Numbered from the whole stretch's first letter, positions 35,042 to 49,523 are shown. The stretch: 63,923 nucleotides of DNA, filler included, from Lenisia limosa (GCA_001655205.1; 14 parts of 14 records of this genome joined end to end with filler, not necessarily neighbours in it); one strand, 5' to 3'. Notes: generated by a model from the sequence alone, not told the origin. Made by a program: numbers and translations.

Positions 35042-37570
35042 TATCCCCAAAACCCATTCCACTCCTTCCGCCACGCCTTCAGTGTCACACAAGTGAGCGG
35101 GTCCTTTGTGCGCAGATATTTTCACGATTACGCGGAATTAACACCTCAGATGATGTACCATTTGATATCTGCAGTGCCTCTGACAAAGGACTTCCTACCA
35201 TGGGAGTGCCTGGCTCTCATGATCGCCTCCCTAGCCCACGACCTCAACCATCCCGGGGTCAACAATACGTATTTGATCAATAACAGCGACCCGATTGCGA
35301 TCCGACAGAACGACATTAGCCCCTTGGAGTTCTACCATGCGTCGCAGGCCTTCAAGCCAATGATGTAGGGTGTTCGGCCGAACTTTTTGAGCTAAAAAAT
35401 GCATTCAAGAAATAAAATCTTGGGATACCAAGAAATATGAATATAATAAACACAATTTTGATATTACATACTATATCATATATTATCATATATTAAACAT
35501 ATCATACTACTATACCACGTTCAAATGGTGAATCATGCGCGTTAGTCAGATACAATATCGATATTTTAAGAAGTAAAACCTTAACACGGACTAAAAAAGG
35601 AGGTAATTTTTATCCTTTCGTTTGACGGAGTAGGGAGCTATTGTCCTCTGCCGAAAAGCCAATGAAAATGAGAGTCCGCAAGCTGGTCAACAAATGCATT
35701 CTGTCAACAGACATGGCCCACCACTTCGATATCATCAACAAGTTCCAAGAGATTGTGGAAGACTTCAGGTGGGTGGCAAGAATAAATGATTCGACTTTTT
35801 CATGTACGTGGCATTGATTCGGGCGAAAATCTTTGATCAATCTTTAATTCTCATTTCTACACAACCCTCGTGTGTTTCTTAAAGGTAGGTTAGCCACAGA
35901 GTTGATAATAGGTTTTTTTTGTTGTATAAATTTTTAATTTTTAGCTTTCTACCCCCTCCCCCCCACTGATGGGCAGCAATCTGATCTTTTTTTTAGCTTT
36001 GAAAAGGAGAGTCATCGCGATTTGCTCTTGCAAGTGATCATCAAGTCATGTGATGTTTCCAATGAAATGAGGCGTATGAGGGATGTTCGTGGAGGTACAG
36101 TTGGTTGCAATCAGCAAGACTGTAAGATAATTTGATGTTTTTTTAGAAGACACAATACATCAAATACAATCTAAGGATCATAAACACAATTTATGTTGTT
36201 CAAACTCAATATAATGTACACGGCTTTAAGGAAGGAGTGGACGAGTAATCCATTCGTACTATCTGAAATAGTGATACTTGTCGTTGGGAGGTCACTTATC
36301 ATTTAGCCTGGTCTGTGGCAAAGCCTTGGGCAGACAAGTTGTTGACTGAATTCTCCGAGCAAACCGTCAAGGTGAGAGTCCTCTAAAATGTATTTTGCTG
36401 GTGATTTTAGTGTTGCCAGGTTCATGAACTTAATTTCAATATCCTATTTCCTCATTTCAGGGCTTCTTATTGTCCGTAAAACAGTAGACTATCGATATTT
36501 ATGGAGGATTTGTCGAGGATTTCTATCTTTTTTGGACCGTAGGAAGGCCGTGCTCATTTCCTTCGGTAATCAAATAGGAGCGTCGCCATGGCCTCCCTAT
36601 CACTGAGTGGATGTTGCCTGAAAACGTGATCCAGTCTAAATTACAGGTATGAAACAGTGGATGAATCGACTATTCCAGCGTGACCTCTTCCCAACCCCAT
36701 CCCAATCCATATTGACAATCCCATATTAACGCTCCACTCTAAAACTAGCCTCATTATCAATAATTGGGCCTTTAGGCCTGTGGTTTTTAAAATGTCTTAT
36801 TTATTTCCTAGGTGAACTTCCTCGACCATATTCTGATTCCAATGTGGAGTGTTTTGATGTGAGGGGGGGGGGGGCTCTANNNNNNNNNNNNNNNNNNNNN
36901 NNNNNNNNNNNNNNNNNNNNNNNNNNNNNNNNNNNNNNNNNNNNNNNNNNNNNNNNNGATTATACTCATTATCTTTTGGGCATTGAGCTTGTAAAAAGCA
37001 TTCAGAGTACACTGACCGTGTGGAGTCTGATTTAATCGGGCAAGGCGTAAGTCTTGACCGATATGCTTTGTTTTTCCCAAAAGGAAAATTGGTCAAGACT
37101 TATCCCAGTCATTGTCTATTGGATAATTCAATGCGCTGTTCTGTCACAAAGTAGTCTTTTGTCAATATCAAGTTTTTTTTTGGAGGGGTTTGATAGATAA
37201 ATTTGCTTCTTTTCACGAAGCAGGTCGCTGTACCCCTCTCTGGACGCGCATTGTGAACGTCTGGTCTTGAGCCGAGGGGCATGGCAAGAGAAGTACGACA
37301 AGTATCTCGCGTCCCTTTCACAGGACTTCACCCAGTAGGGTATTATATGTTGTCTGGGGTTTTCGTTCTGATATTTCCTTTTTGCCTCGTTTTCTTGTTT
37401 TGTATCCATTCGTATGCACTTTTGTTTCCTAAACGAGAGGGTACTGGGGGGGGGGGGGGGNNNNNNNNNNNNNNNNNNNNNNNNNNNNNNNNNNNNNNNN
37501 NNNNNNNNNNNNNNNNNNNNNNNNNNNNNNNNNNNNNNNNNNNNNNTTCATCTATCCTATCACAGTCTAT
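35042..37570 (+). CDS. Class I 3',5'-cyclic nucleotide phosphodiesterase catalytic domain, 5'-truncated
   Basis: NPFHSFRHAFSVTQMMY; AHDLNHPGVNN; ILSTDMAHHF; IKSCDVSNEMRPW; ERRHGLPITEWM...LQVNFLDHILIP. The 3' end is approximate. Confidence 0.93.
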
Positions 37571-38505
37571 AAAGCGGTTGAGTCGCCGATCGGCACCTCC
37601 TCCATGGGAATAACCCGCACATCCGAGCCAGTCGAATGTGTTAGCGGCGTGTTGTCGTCATCGTCATCACCCGGCGCAGAAATGGACCCTAGGAACGCCG
37701 CTGCCTCCTCTAAGGTCTGCCGTGTCTTGTGCTGCCGGTCCTCTAAGCGGCCTTCTGGCGAGAAGTCTATCACTATCTGGGGGGTTAATATCAGAGCATG
37801 TTATATCAATCACGTTCTGTTATATCATGAGTGAGGGTATAAATACATAGAATAATACCACAAGGAAAAGCTCCCTGAAAGTAGTATTCCTCCATTTTTT
37901 TTAGACGGAGGAGAGTATTTCTCAGGGTCACCACAAAAGTATGAAGAGATGAGAAATCAAAATAAGTAATAAGTAACTAGCCGAGGCCGTCCACACAATT
38001 CCAAGTGCCCAGACCTCTTCATCGTCCTCTTCATCAAGCTCAGGGGAGATGGAAGCCTCGCGGTTCGGCATCGGGGATGGTGTGTTGGACTTGGCTGGGC
38101 GGTTAGGGACTGGAATGGCTGATAGATGTGACAGTAAAGTGTTAGAATGGAGGGCAGAAATACCTTTGATATACTCATAGTTGATCTTCTGCAGGGAAAT
38201 GCTGCTTGGCTTATGCGGGAGGCCAACTTCACGAACCGGGACGCCGAGGCCTGCGGGATGAGACTTCGACAACCCTATGCCCGTCAATTCGAAGCTCACG
38301 CGGGTAATCAAAAGTAATCCCGGAACCCGCCTCTNNNNNNNNNNNNNNNNNNNNNNNNNNNNNNNNNNNNNNNNNNNNNNNNNNNNNNNNNNNNNNNNNN
38401 NNNNNNCTGAGTTGGTAGTATGGGATATCTGTCCGGTCTGTGTACCTAAATAGGTCACCTTTGGGCATGACGAATTCCGACGTTCTTCAAAGATAGTTCT
38501 CTCAA

Positions 38506-40843
38506 TCAAATAGGAGGAGATTGCCAAGCATTGACCCACATGAAGTGATGCTGGACCAAGAAGATGATGTCAAAGAAGATGGTGAGGAGGCTGAGACCAA
38601 GCTTTGGGTAGTCTGCCATAACTTGATTCATGTCACCTGGACAATCATGAGGGGGAGGGGGTTGGTTCACAACAGTATGGATGAAACATCATCATCCTTA
38701 ATGAAACCGCATCTTCATCCCCGCACCGATTCTGGCTGCGTCAATTGCCAGTTGAATGAGCGAAAAGAGGCCTCCAAGAAAGTCAGCCCAAACGTTGAGC
38801 ACCGACCATCCAACTGTCGACTTTCGACGGTAGTTCAGCATCACCTGCAACGCAGTGACACTAAGCTGCTCTGAACTATGTTCATTTCATATCAAGCCAC
38901 AGTTTCAAAAATGGATGTAGCTAGCTCTGAATACATGCTGCAATGGCAATTGTCACCAGTCACCAATTCATAACTGGTATATTTCAAATCACTCAAAGGT
39001 TCACTTCGTTACCAATTCACAATTGGCAATTTAATTTCCAAAATTAGTTCATACCTGAGGAACATACTTGAGAAGGGTCACAATCAACTTTATCACACCG
39101 AAGAGCTGAAACGTTACAGCTTCCTTCCCCCAAATGACTGAATTGTTAAAATAAGTTCCAAGCGAATAGTACAGAACTTTTCTATAATTACATACTATAT
39201 CATGTGATATTTAGTTCCTTCAATTGAGAAGGAAATTCACCCAAGCCACCCTGTGGTAAACTTGCCAGCCATATTCCTGGGCGATAACAATAACCATGAT
39301 AAGATGTGCAATTGAAAGTGCACTAATAAATCTACATAACTCCCTCAAGCAACCAGCCATGAAGATATGAATCAATGGCACAAAATTACCGTATACCCCC
39401 CCCCCCNNNNNNNNNNNNNNNNNNNNNNNNNNNNNNNNNNNNNNNNNNNNNNNNNNNNNNNNNNNCGACAGTTCGCGTTCCAATGAGGCAGAAGTTTACG
39501 ACAATGGCCAGCGACAGAACTGCTGACGTGACCTTGCACCATCTTGGGATCAGAATTGGCGTCGCAGCCATCTGGGTGGGGGGGGGGGAAGNNNNNNNNN
39601 NNNNNNNNNNNNNNNNNNNNNCGCGTCATTGCTAGTTTTAATGAGTTCTATTTCAAAGAATATATTTGTCACCCCCTTGCAGCCAACCGCATAGAGTATG
39701 ATCTGAGCCAGAAGCGTGACGTTGAGGCCGAGTCCGGTGGCCGTGAAGGCCAGGTCATTAATCTCAACGGGTACTCCTTCTTCTGCAAGTTTGTCAATTC
39801 AAAGAACTCAATTCAATACTGTCGATTCAAGGATACCAAAAAGGTAATTCAAACAAGTGGTGATTTCATGATCTATGACAGTGCACGTTCTCACGGTTAT
39901 TTCTTCTCTCGTACTCTTCTTGTGCTACGCGGTCGAAATAGAGCCACCAGGTGAAGATAGCATATGAAAAGTACCCTATGTCAGTGAGGTAAAAACGCAT
40001 AGGACAAACGTGTATGAAAATGTAAAACAAACTTGTACAAAAGTATGAATCGCGTCTGAATTGTTTTTATGAAAACCTATTTGTTAGTTTTTGAATTAGG
40101 GTTTATGAAATGGCATTTTCCCAATAGTGCCATTCAATTATTGCTTCTTTTTGTTTGGAAAATTTGCCCCTTTTGTTGTAAAATCTAGTCGTACTAATAT
40201 TAAACTTGCAATATGTCAAAACAATTGCGTCCACACTGATAAACTGACATTAGTGACCAGCTCAACCCCTCGGCAAACCAATGATATTGAGGATGACAAA
40301 TCCCGGGGAGAGTCCCACTGTTCTGAAAAGAGTAAAGTTATTGAAATCTTAAGTCAAAACAAATAGGTTGGTTGTTATTTGACAATTTGACATGAGAATT
40401 CAGATTATGAAGATTTTAATAGTAAGGAACATTCACTTTCATGGAGTCCAATGTAACTTAATTTGTATTAGCTGTATGTTTATTTTACTTTGATGGATGG
40501 ATTTATTGATGTATAATAAGATGGTAAGATGGACAAGATTCAAGAAAGTTGTGATCACTCAATATATATTTAGTGAACTGTTAAAATTGGGTGTTTCGAG
40601 TTGTTTCCTCTTTAATAAATAAATATAAGATATATACAAACAAAGAGAGTTCAATCACCGCGATGAGCATAAAAGGAAATTTCTGTGAACCCCTTACGAG
40701 CGTCTTTTCCAGTTCAAAATGACTTGAGGGAAGAAGGAAATGATCCAAAAAATGAAATACAGCCATCCTGTGACGAAAGACCAGTAAGAAAGCGAGGTAA
40801 AGTCTATAGAGATCGCATTATCGCCAGGATCGCCCACAGACAT
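38506..40843 (-). CDS. CTNS: Cystinosin (PQ-loop lysosomal cystine transporter); possible C-terminal extension to ~37567
   Basis: MSVGDPG...[39 protein letters not shown]...VEINDLAF...[45 protein letters not shown]...[20 protein letters not shown]. Confidence 0.93.
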
Positions 40844-41278
40844 TGTTCCCTGTTTATTTACTTGCTTTCTTATACATATATTTTATTCAACCTTCTATTT
40901 AATCATATCTTGCTTCCACCTCTGAAAAACGATCGATTTTTAGGTTTTTGTGCGATTACGATATTAGATATCAACATGATAATTTTTCATCAAAGCATCA
41001 TGGGGAGTAGTCAAGACCCATGGTGCACATGTGTCAGTATTTGGAAAATAGGTTGAACAGGTAAATAGATAAATACTGTACTTATCTACTAAAACTGTAT
41101 TGTTGCGTTGCCCTCAAGCCCTCGAACTTTTTTTTTTTGCACTGTTTATTAACCCATGATATTTGCTATCATAAAAAGGATACAAGAAGAGACTACATCA
41201 AATCAAAAAGAGAAGCCAGAGCGATTTAGAAGCTTGCAAATCAGAAGGAGGCACTCAGGTTATTCGATGACCCATCAT

Positions 41279-44070
41279 TTATGAGCTTTCCTTGGGCTTT
41301 TCCTGCCAGTCAATGCCCGTCTGTGAAGGTCTGTCGCTTGGCTCTTGCTCAGGCATCTGGAAAATAAATGTGGGGGCTGAAGTATCCGAGCTTCTGTGAA
41401 ATGGATGCGGGGATAAAGGTTTCCGATTCTGATCCGCAAGACCCACTTTCTTTTCGGATAGGGCCGCCGCGGCGCAGGTCCTCAGCAAATTCTCAATTCC
41501 TTCACCCTTCAAGGAGCTCACACATACATGTCTGAGCAGTTATTATTATGGGTATCAATAGTTTAACGGTCTTTTTTTATTATTATACATTATAAACCAG
41601 GCAATAAGAGCGATTCAAGTAAACTAAAATCAGACTCATCAAAACCCGTAATACGCCTGAAGATGTATGGGGCCCCATCACAAGCTCTCATATTGAGAAT
41701 TAATACCTTATCATCATACTATGATCCCCGCAGACTTGACGCTTTGAAGGAAGTCCGCCAACAGGACAATGACTGACTGACTAAAGTCGGACAGGAAAGT
41801 ACTTTGGGCTTGGGCTGCAGACTAAAGAAATCAGAATAGACTTGGTGGTCTTGAGGCCATTATGCCTTGTGTTTGTAACAAAGTCTAATGACAGCTACTG
41901 TACAACACAGATTTTGCCCTGCTCCTACCCCCAATGGGGCTTCACTTTGGTTCAAAAAAGACCGGTAGAATATCATTTATCGAGAAATTCAGACTTTTTT
42001 TTCGAACCGAAGTGAAGCCCTCCCATGTCATCTTCATTTATTAAAAACTCAGCCGTGTCTTAGTCAAGCCCTATCTTACACTGAAGGCTTCCAAGTCATT
42101 GACGTAGTTCACAACGTGCTCAGCGCCAGCAACATCGCACTTGTTGAAAACCTAAAATGTGACTACATAGAAAACAGTTGCTTTGGAACCTTTGATATCT
42201 TTGATATAAACCAAGGAAGATATCGATAAATATTATAATTATATCTACAGTCTTTTCAGCGGAAGTCCGGAACATTATCACATTAAAAAGAATATCTACA
42301 ATAGTGTGTGGAATGAAAAAAAAATATAATAAGAAATACCCTCAGTCCCAAAAAAAGATTTCCTAGATTTCTCGATAACGTATCAATATTTTCCGAGTCA
42401 TTTTGGACAGAAGGGAATCCCTCTACGTGGACGGTTTCCGCCTGATACAACCTTCTTATTTCAAGAGAGATGAACAAAGTACAAGAGCAACACTGTGGGT
42501 ACGCCACTTGAGAGCTCACCAAGACCACGGGTAGCGATGTGCGATAGAGAAGAGAACAGGCGTTGAGGATGGAGGAGGCGAAGGCCTGAGGCGAGATGCA
42601 ACGAGGGCTGTCGATAACGTATCTGATCAGTTAAAATAAAAGCTAAAGTATAATATGATATTAATATGTATGATGTATGATCAGTTAATAAAACGCTAAA
42701 GTATAATACTATATGATCAGTTTTTTTAAAAAAAAAAGCTGAAGTTTAATGTTATATTAATTATGACCAGTTAAAATAAGAGCTACAGTCAATGACATTA
42801 TNNNNNNNNNNNNNNNNNNNNNNNNNNNNNNNNNNNNNNNNNNNNNNNNNNNNNNNNNNNNNNNNNNNNNNNNNNNNNNNNNNNNNNNNNNNNNNNNNNN
42901 NNNNNNNNNNNNNNNNNNNNNNNNNNNNNNNNNNNNNNNNNNNNNNNNNNNNNNNNNNNNNNNNNNNNNNNNNNNNNNNNNNNNNNNNNNNNNNNNNNNN
43001 NNNNNNNNNNNCCTTGCCTCCAGCGCTCCACGTGAACGCCTCGATTTGGCCCGGAGTATCGATCACAAATGTGCTGCAGGTGGAGTTAGTAGTGTAAAAA
43101 GAGACCAGCGTGATTGTTTTGACAGCTCCCTTCATGACTTTTCCCATTTTAAATCATAAAGTAGAAACAGTGAGTACTCAATCATGATAAAAAGTATTAC
43201 ACAACTAATACTGTGTCTAGTACACTGCTTTCAGTTTACCTCCCCAGCAAATAAAATAGTGATGATGAAAATGGTGAAGATGAGAGAAGAGGGAAGATGA
43301 GGAGTGATGAATGAAAACAATGATGATGGTAGTGATGATGAGGGAAGTTATGAAGCTTGAGATTTTAAAAAAGTGGTAGCTTACTAGTCCTCCTCCGATT
43401 GGGCTTTGATTGTTTCAACCAGCTCATCAATACGAGTAGCAAAGAGGTTTAAAGATGTCAAAATGGCGCCATTGGGTCCCTAGAGGTAAAATAAACACAT
43501 AAAAGAAGCTCTTTTGTCAGCATTTGGGTGAGGGAACATCTCTACAACCCCTACAAGAACAGCAGGACAATGAGCCTTTCATCACCCTTATGAGTCTTTG
43601 TTGTGTTTTGTTAATTTTACAACCAGAAAAATACGTATCCCCCCGCCGCGTTCCAACCATTTGGTAGTCCTTTCGAACACGGTTGTAATCGATGGAGTCT
43701 CTGATGTCGATGCAGGGTGCAGGCACGTCTGTTTTGTCAGGTTCCATCAAGATGAAAGTGAGTATATGTTTGTATATTCCTCATAATAACATTCAAATTC
43801 ATCCATGCCCCACACCTTGTTTTGTTGCCGGGTCAAGGTTGATAGTAAAAACGTCTTCGTTGTAGTCTGCCAAGGTCTGGATAAATCAGAATAGTGATAT
43901 AAACTTGATGCGTGTGATAAACTAACAAAAAGAAGAGTAGTGGATGAGAGGGTATCAATTGTTCCACAAAAAAACCCATTTCCCTTCCTCCCTGCAATTA
44001 CCTTTGTGAGAGTAGACTTGCCACTTCCGGCCATTCCAATCACAAACATGGCTGTGTTGGTCCCGAACAT
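41279..44070 (-). CDS. GPN1: GPN-loop GTPase 1
   Basis: FVIGMAGSGKSTL; INLDPA; IDIRDSIDY; GPNGAILTSLNLFAT; IDTPGQIEAFTWSAGG; YVIDSPR; VFNKCDV. The start and one late junction are uncertain. Confidence 0.93.
41937..42020. mobile_element. Family A MITE (A1) in a GPN1 intron
   Basis: gggcttcactttggttcaaaaaagac...gactttttttcgaaccgaagtgaagccc. Confidence 0.85.
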
Positions 44071-44607
44071 CTAAAAGTAAGAAGTGTTTCAAAATGAAGA
44101 GCAAATCTCAGTAGTAGAGAATATTTCAGAATTTAGGGTAAATCAAGGAGGTAGCGTGGTGAATAGATTTGGTAATTATCTATATTCCTCCTCAATAGAT
44201 CAAGAAAGTACACATACACCCCTCCTTGAAAGATCTCAAGGAGAGCATACCTTGAATGAGTTGTGATCTCCTGCTAAACAACAAACTGACTACTTTCTTC
44301 TAAATTCTAATATATAGAACAGAACACTAAACAACTAGCTAAAGAGGGGCTTGAGAAAGTGCTTCCTGACTTTTTGACAAAGTATGGCGGCGTGATTCTT
44401 CTTTTCACCAAATTTTTGCATGCTTGCGCCCCTCTTTTGCATAAAACATTGTAATATTAGTGTAACTGCAGATTGTTTGCGAAAAAAGACTGAAACTACT
44501 AAACCATCCTCTGTCCTCCCACTTGCCTCAACCTTCGAACTATCAACTTCATTCTCCGTCCTCACAAGCCCCAACCCGAAAACGAGTCTTCACGTTACTC
44601 TTGACAG

Positions 44608-46296
44608 ATGCCTCCCCCAGCTGGCTTGAAGCCTGAAGCCAATGTGCCTGAGACAAGGCCCCCAACTATCGCCGAAGCCGTGAGGGGGGGGGGGTGCATA
44701 TGAAATGAGGTGTATTATTTGTTAAAGCGTCTGTAATTGCAAAGAGTGGTTGTTTATTTTCTAATTTTTATTTACTTTCTAAAAAACCACGTTTATGAGA
44801 CATACAACTGAGCCAAATAGCCACCTATTGGGTTCCTTTTTTGAAACAGCCAACTAATTATCTCATAATTTGATATGATATGGATCTTTTCGTCAGAACG
44901 TTTCTCTCCTATGATAGCTGATGATTTGATAGCTCTTTTTGTAGTCTTTTATCATTTCTCAGGCGGCTGAGATTTCCAAACACCATCTTGCAAGTCTTCA
45001 AGTAAGAGGGGGTGGACCATCTTGCAAGTATCTATGTGTCAATATACAAATGGCACATACATACTCCCACTTTGTTGAAGAGCTTTGCCCAGTCCATCAA
45101 TCGATCTATAGTATTTAATACATATTTAATAGCTTAATTATAATGTGGCATGCATCTTGGCCGGGGGTACAAGTATACTATATCATCTACGATGAAGAGA
45201 TGACAAGAGTCATCAATTGCGTGTTTCCAAAGATTAAAAAAAAACCCGCAATGTTCCCGTAAAAGCAAAAAATATGACAGAAAAAAGTGAGTAAATTACT
45301 GACTGTGATAAGTCTTATATCTTGAATATGGTAGTGCTTTTGTGAACTGCTGTAACGCCATTTAGAACCTCGAAATGCAGGCCAAATCAGCAGCCAGTAA
45401 CATGGCCGTACTCATGAAGGGCCTCAACTCAAATGTCGACCAGGTGATCTCAGTAACTCTATTATATCTGAAAAATTTTCTTTTTCGCTACATTATCCAG
45501 ACTTAGAGTATAATACTATATATTTTGGTATTATTCAGAGATGTTTCTGAAGAATTATGAATGATGAAACAAATATATTTTTTTCTCCAAAAACTAGCCC
45601 AATGTTCTTCCTCCCTGGGTCCTCACCAGATTTGCCCATATAATCCAATATCTCTTATANNNNNNNNNNNNNNNNNNNNNNNNNNNNNNNNNNNNNNNNN
45701 NNNNNNNNNNNNNNNNNNNNNNNTTCTCCCTTCATCAATATTTTTTTTTACTTTGTTGTTTTCTACCCTTGTGCCTCAATACCTCTAACGAATGACCCTC
45801 TAGATGACTGGTCTGACACTCCATGAACTAGGGGCGTATAACCTTGGGGCAAGCCGGATGCATCAAGAAGTGTTTTCTGGTATTTCTTCAATGGTATGCA
45901 GGGATTGGGTACAAATGGACTGATTGGACTTGACCGATAAAATATCGATAGTATTCGAGAGGATTGAGAAATTCTATCTTTCATGTCGAAGTGAAGCCCC
46001 TATACAGTCTTGGGATACAAATACGCACCACCCAAACCCACAAGACTTAATTTGTTTTAGGTTTCATTTATAAAATTATTACCAGCAAGAGCATCATTTA
46101 CTTTAAAATAACACCCTCATGTGGACCTTCACTTCAGTTACAAATAAAAACGTTATCGTTATGTTTTTTTTTTGTTTCGTTCACACATTTCCACCCTATT
46201 ATTAACCATTTAGAACCAGTATGTTGAGGCGGTGGAGCACTTGAGTTCGGACCTAGTGCGAGTGCGAGAAACTGCAGCCTCAATGTGGGCTTTGTT
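44608..46296 (+). CDS. Small spliced helical protein, unknown; weak resemblance to BORC/BLOC-1 subunits
   Basis: MPPPAGLKPEANVPETRPPTIAEA|AAEISKHHLASLQ|AKSAASNMAVLMKGLNSNVDQ|MTGLTLHELGAY... with in-frame canonical junctions. The family guess is weak. Confidence 0.45.
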
Positions 46297-47717
46297 GGAT
46301 AGGGTTATATATGTTGGATGTTGGGGGTATAGTGTTGTGTGGGCTTATAGTGTTGTCTTGGGTGATAGTGTAACAGTCTGGGTCGTTTTTGTTAAAATTG
46401 TCATTTTTGGTATCTGTTCACCCGCATGCCCTTTTTATCATGGTTCATTCTAATTTATATTGTGAATAGAAGCTCAGCATATCATATTCAAAAAATTCAG
46501 CCAGCTTACCACGATTAGTGTCCATAACTTTGGTTCTTCATGCGGTAATGTTGTGGTTTTCTTCCTATCTAAATCCTAAACTCACCGTTTCTTGTGACCC
46601 TTCAGCACGGCCCTTCATGATGCGGTGACTGAGCTGGAGGCGTCTTTGTTCAACGATAAGAAGTAGACTTGCAATTCCTTGCTGTAATCGCTTATAACTA
46701 CTTTTTACCAATGTATCATGTTCTCTAGATCTCTATATCTCCAGATTCAACAGGTCAGTTAGGTTATAGGGTTGAGGTGAATATTTTATGGAGGTGTGGT
46801 CTCCCACAATTATTATATTTATTAATTTTTGAAAAAAATGAGAAAATGATGCCCATCAAACTCGACATACATTCAGGCTAACAGGCTCATCGGCCAATCA
46901 CGAGAATTAATATGTTTGGCTGGAGACCACCAACACAAAAAACGTCCAAAAAGAAAAGATACCGTGGAGACTTCCAAAAAGTAAGACATCCAACAGGCCT
47001 CTACATCCCGTCTTCTTGGTTTTATCAACAATATTAAATAGGCATTTAAAATTTCAACGCTAACCGTCAAAGGAGTACATTTTCCAGTGTAACGAAGAAA
47101 ACGTTGGCCGCCCCGATCCTGAGCTAACAAGAGTGAGCAACAGCGTAACAAGCTCATTCCTGACATCATTAGCATCTCCATGAGGCCTTCATTGATGCTA
47201 ATCTCGACCGACTTCCTGCCGCTCATTGGCCAGCTCTGATCTCGGCTCTCACCAACAACAAGAACCTCCAGTATGTTAACCGTTTTGGCGGGGTTTCTAT
47301 TGCTTATTGTCATAATTCCCTTTCCTGCAAAAACAAGTGCTTTGCTTGCTTTCATATTTTTTTTTTCTTCCTGAACAAAAATAAATGGTAATTTGCTCAG
47401 TGTTTTAGGGTAAAGGTTCTGATATAATATTTTCCATTTATAACTGTCACTGTGCTGAGGTTTTCTATTTATAACTGTCACTGTGTTGAGGTTTTTTTTT
47501 TGTTATTCCTATGCCTATGTATATTGCTTTCTTAATCCAATATCTCTTATGAGCATGATGGTGTGGATGACTTCGGACAGAGACTACCTCTGGTTATTCC
47601 TTATTTCTTAAATATCGATATTTTGCCGTGTGGGAGTGAAGGCCTAACTTGGATGTTCACCGTACAGGGGTCTTCGTTTGTACTCACATCGCTACCTCAG
47701 CCTTGCTGTCGAGCAAA

Positions 47718-49423
47718 ATGGTGAGTCTGGACCATGCTCAAGAAATTCGAGCCAAAGTTGATTGTTTTTTTTTAAGAAATTAATGCAGAAAATTGATTTG
47801 TATCTGCCCGTTTTTTTTATATAAAAAAAACACATCATACTATATACTCCCAGGTTTATTTGAGACTTGTTATTAGGAGCTTTTTTGTTTGGTTCTTTTC
47901 CCAGATACCTACATTCTCATGATACATAACCCCTATGTATAACCCATCAATGCATAACCACCCCAGACATTCCATCATCAATACGCGAACGCGCAGTGGC
48001 AAAGGCGCGCGCGCCACTCGTTGACGACAAGCAGAAAATGCTGCTTCTTATGAGGTGGCCAGGGGTGTTTTGACACTTGTCGGAAGAGCCCCTTACCCCA
48101 CTCGTGTTATATTCGCCCCCCCCCCCTCCTCTCGATACTAACCCGTATTAGATCTATCAGCTGCTTGCTGTCAAAATCATCAAAAATCGAGTGGCTCGAC
48201 CTCGAGGGTCTTCCGTTCACTGTGGGGGGGGGGNNNNNNNNNNNNNNNNNNNNNNNNNNNNNNNNNNNNNNNNNNNNNNNNNNNNNNNNNNNNNNNNNNN
48301 NNNNNNNNNNNNNNNNNNNNNNNNNNNNNNNNNNNNNNNNNNNCGGTGCCAAAGTGAAACCCTGGTGGCAACCGATACTGTCTCTTATATCTCTTATTTC
48401 TCTTAATATATCTCTTATGCCTCTTATGTCTCTTATGCCTCTTATATCTCTGATATCTCTTCTGTCACTCACTTCCCTTACCATATAGACTGCCGGAGCC
48501 TCTGCGTTATCGAAGGGCCTCTGCGAGAACAAAACCCTCATTAAAGTTTCGCTCAAGGCCAGTCATCTGGTTGACAAAACGGTGGATAGTTGGAGGGGTG
48601 TCCCTTGATATTATTGGTTATTCTGTGTTATGGCTTGTCTTGGAAGATGGGTTATTCTTTGTTATGGCTTGTTATGGANNNNNNNNNNNNNNNNNNNNNN
48701 NNNNNNNNNNNNNNNNNNNNNNNNNNNNNNNNNNNNNNNNNNNNNNNNNNNNNNNNNNNNNNNNNNNNNNNNNNNNNNNNNNNNNNNNNNNNNNNNNNNN
48801 NNNNNNNNNNNNNNNNNNNNNNNNNNNNNNNNNNNNNNNNNNNNNNNNNNNNNNNNNNNNNNNNNNNNNNNNNNNNNNNNNNNNNNNNNNNNNNNNNNNN
48901 NNNNNNNNNNNNNNNNNNNNNNNNNNNNNNNNNNNNNNNNNNNNNNNNNNNNNNNNNNNNNNNNNNNNNNNNGGACTACACTGAAGTGTCCGACCAGTCC
49001 GCCTACGGAATTGCCAGTCTTTTGCAGGTGAGGGGCATGGAATTAATAGAGTGGTCCAGGGAGGCATGATCTGCTCTTGTATAAATGGACGGCTTCGTAC
49101 ACAACGTTGTTTTTTTTCTCTCATTGCTAGAAACATAGTATATTATGATATATATTAATGTAATATTTCCCTCCAACACGCCAACATTCTTCATAGAAAT
49201 TTCCGTCGTTTCCCTAATCCCCTCCCCCAGTGGCACGTAATGCGTCGCCACACAGAGCGATGGGAGTCCACCCTCCGCGGCCGGAAGGTTCAAGATAAGC
49301 CCATTGCCCACACCGGGCTTCTGTCACTGTCTCTGGCACACACGCATGTCGGTGACGAAACCGCTGTTCAGATGGCAGCTGCATTGCGTGACGATCTTTG
49401 GATCGACCGTATGGGGGAGAGAT
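47718..49423 (+). CDS. CEP78: Centrosomal LRR protein CEP78-like, 3'-truncated
   Basis: M|TFHHQY...; LSKGLCENKTLIKVSL; AYGIASLLQ|WHVMRRHTERWESTLRGR...LSLAHTHVGDETAVQMAAALRDDLWID resembles CEP78 MRRHEETWAESLRYR...DLWL. Confidence 0.75.
48378..48462. repeat. 9-bp imperfect tandem repeat (tctcttatr) in a CEP78 intron
   Basis: It produces the spurious RDIRGIRDI ORF on the minus strand. Confidence 0.85.
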
Positions 49424-49523
49424 NNNNNNNNNNNNNNNNNNNNNNNNNNNNNNNNNNNNNNNNNNNNTTAATTAATTAANNNNNNNNNNNNNNNNNNNNN
49501 NNNNNNNNNNNNNNNNNNNNNNN

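Noticed and set aside
48107-48556. ORF with RDIRGIRDI repeats
   Set aside because: It is antisense to CEP78 and derives from an intronic 9-bp tandem repeat.
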